Shown: piece by piece, positions 63,179-64,000 of the stretch | Position numbering within the stretch: position 1 is the first letter of the stretch | Layout of the letters: every line of letters begins with the position of its first letter | Assembly (NCBI GenBank): GCA_012295275.1 | Contig: CM022675.1 | Coordinates: forward strand, 12,090,001 to 12,154,000 | Length of the DNA: 64,000 nucleotides | Reading direction: 5' to 3' | DNA from: Chrysomallon squamiferum | Lineage: Eukaryota > Animalia > Mollusca | Made by a program: the position numbers and the translations under genes | The notes under the pieces: generated by a model | The model's input: only the letters and a program-made list of their open reading frames with translations | What the model was told of the DNA's origin: nothing | Databases searched by the model: none

Positions 63179-64000
63179 GTAAGTTTTTCTTTTCACGTTG
63201 GTAATTTAGTGCTTGTCTTTGTCTCTCTGTGGATACATTTTTACACACCACAGGAAAATATTTGTTAATTTTCTTCTTTTTTTTTCATTCATGCTTTTCC
63301 ATCTCTCCTCTCATACCTCCGCCATCTCATATATTGATCTGTTTTTCTGTAAATATCTTGTCAGTCCATCCTCTCTTCCGTCATACAAAAAAATGTTTGC
63401 TGCTTTGGTTTTTCATCCAGTCTTTCATTCTCTTACCAAACAAAAAATCATGCATAAACACATACATATTTTCTAAATTTATTAAACTGTATATAAGGAA
63501 AAAATAAAATCAGATGCTCTGATATATGTTATAAACAGTATCAAAATTATTGACTGTATTTGCACACTGAAGCTGTGAAATTCCTTCATTTATTCATATA
63601 ACACCATTTTCTTAAAGAATCTGATATATGAAAAGGTCTCCAGAGTATACTAATCATGTTACTACCATTTTTTTTTTCTGTCTGAATGATTTGCATTCTT
63701 ATATATTTCTATTTATTCATTAAATAAATTACTATTAATATTATCTTTCCTGGCACTATCATGTTACTGAACGTTTATCAGTTTTTTTGTTTTTTTTTTA
63801 CTTCACCCACCTGTTATTTTATTACATTGTATTTACTTGCAGTAAACAAGTAGTAAATAAAATAAACTGGCATGTATAGTGTTAATAAAATGAAATAGAT
63901 TTTATCAGAAGCCATATAATAAGCAGTTAAACTGTTGATGTAAAAAATAATTTAACATAACTTTATAACAGTTTGTTAAACTGATATGCATTTTATTGAT

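Overview
AT-rich, intron-rich animal DNA (probably a mollusc; inferred from composition, gene structure and a SINE-like repeat), with no prokaryotic features. (1) 583-21819, + strand: a TRPM2-like cation channel gene whose 5' exons lie before the window. It has two paralogous, apparently mutually exclusive TRP-helix exons, retains only the last ~38 aa of a NUDT9-H domain, and has a 1-bp frameshift at ~1714. (2) 25336-26490: a two-exon relic of an SLC17/sialin-like transporter. (3) 29213-35052: a near-identical second copy of the TRPM gene's 5' part, offset ~31.75 kb and ending at a 200-N gap. (4) 35253-42322: a CpG-rich ~375-bp satellite (18 full units plus 1 diverged unit) fused to a degenerate (CCCTAA)n telomere-type tract. 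(5) 42575-47942, - strand: an unidentified multi-exon gene with an internally repeated motif, decaying towards the telomere-like junction. (6) From 50808, + strand: the first three exons of an amphiphysin/BIN1 N-BAR gene. Exon structures were read by hand from splice signals, phase continuity and recalled family sequences. No database search was possible.
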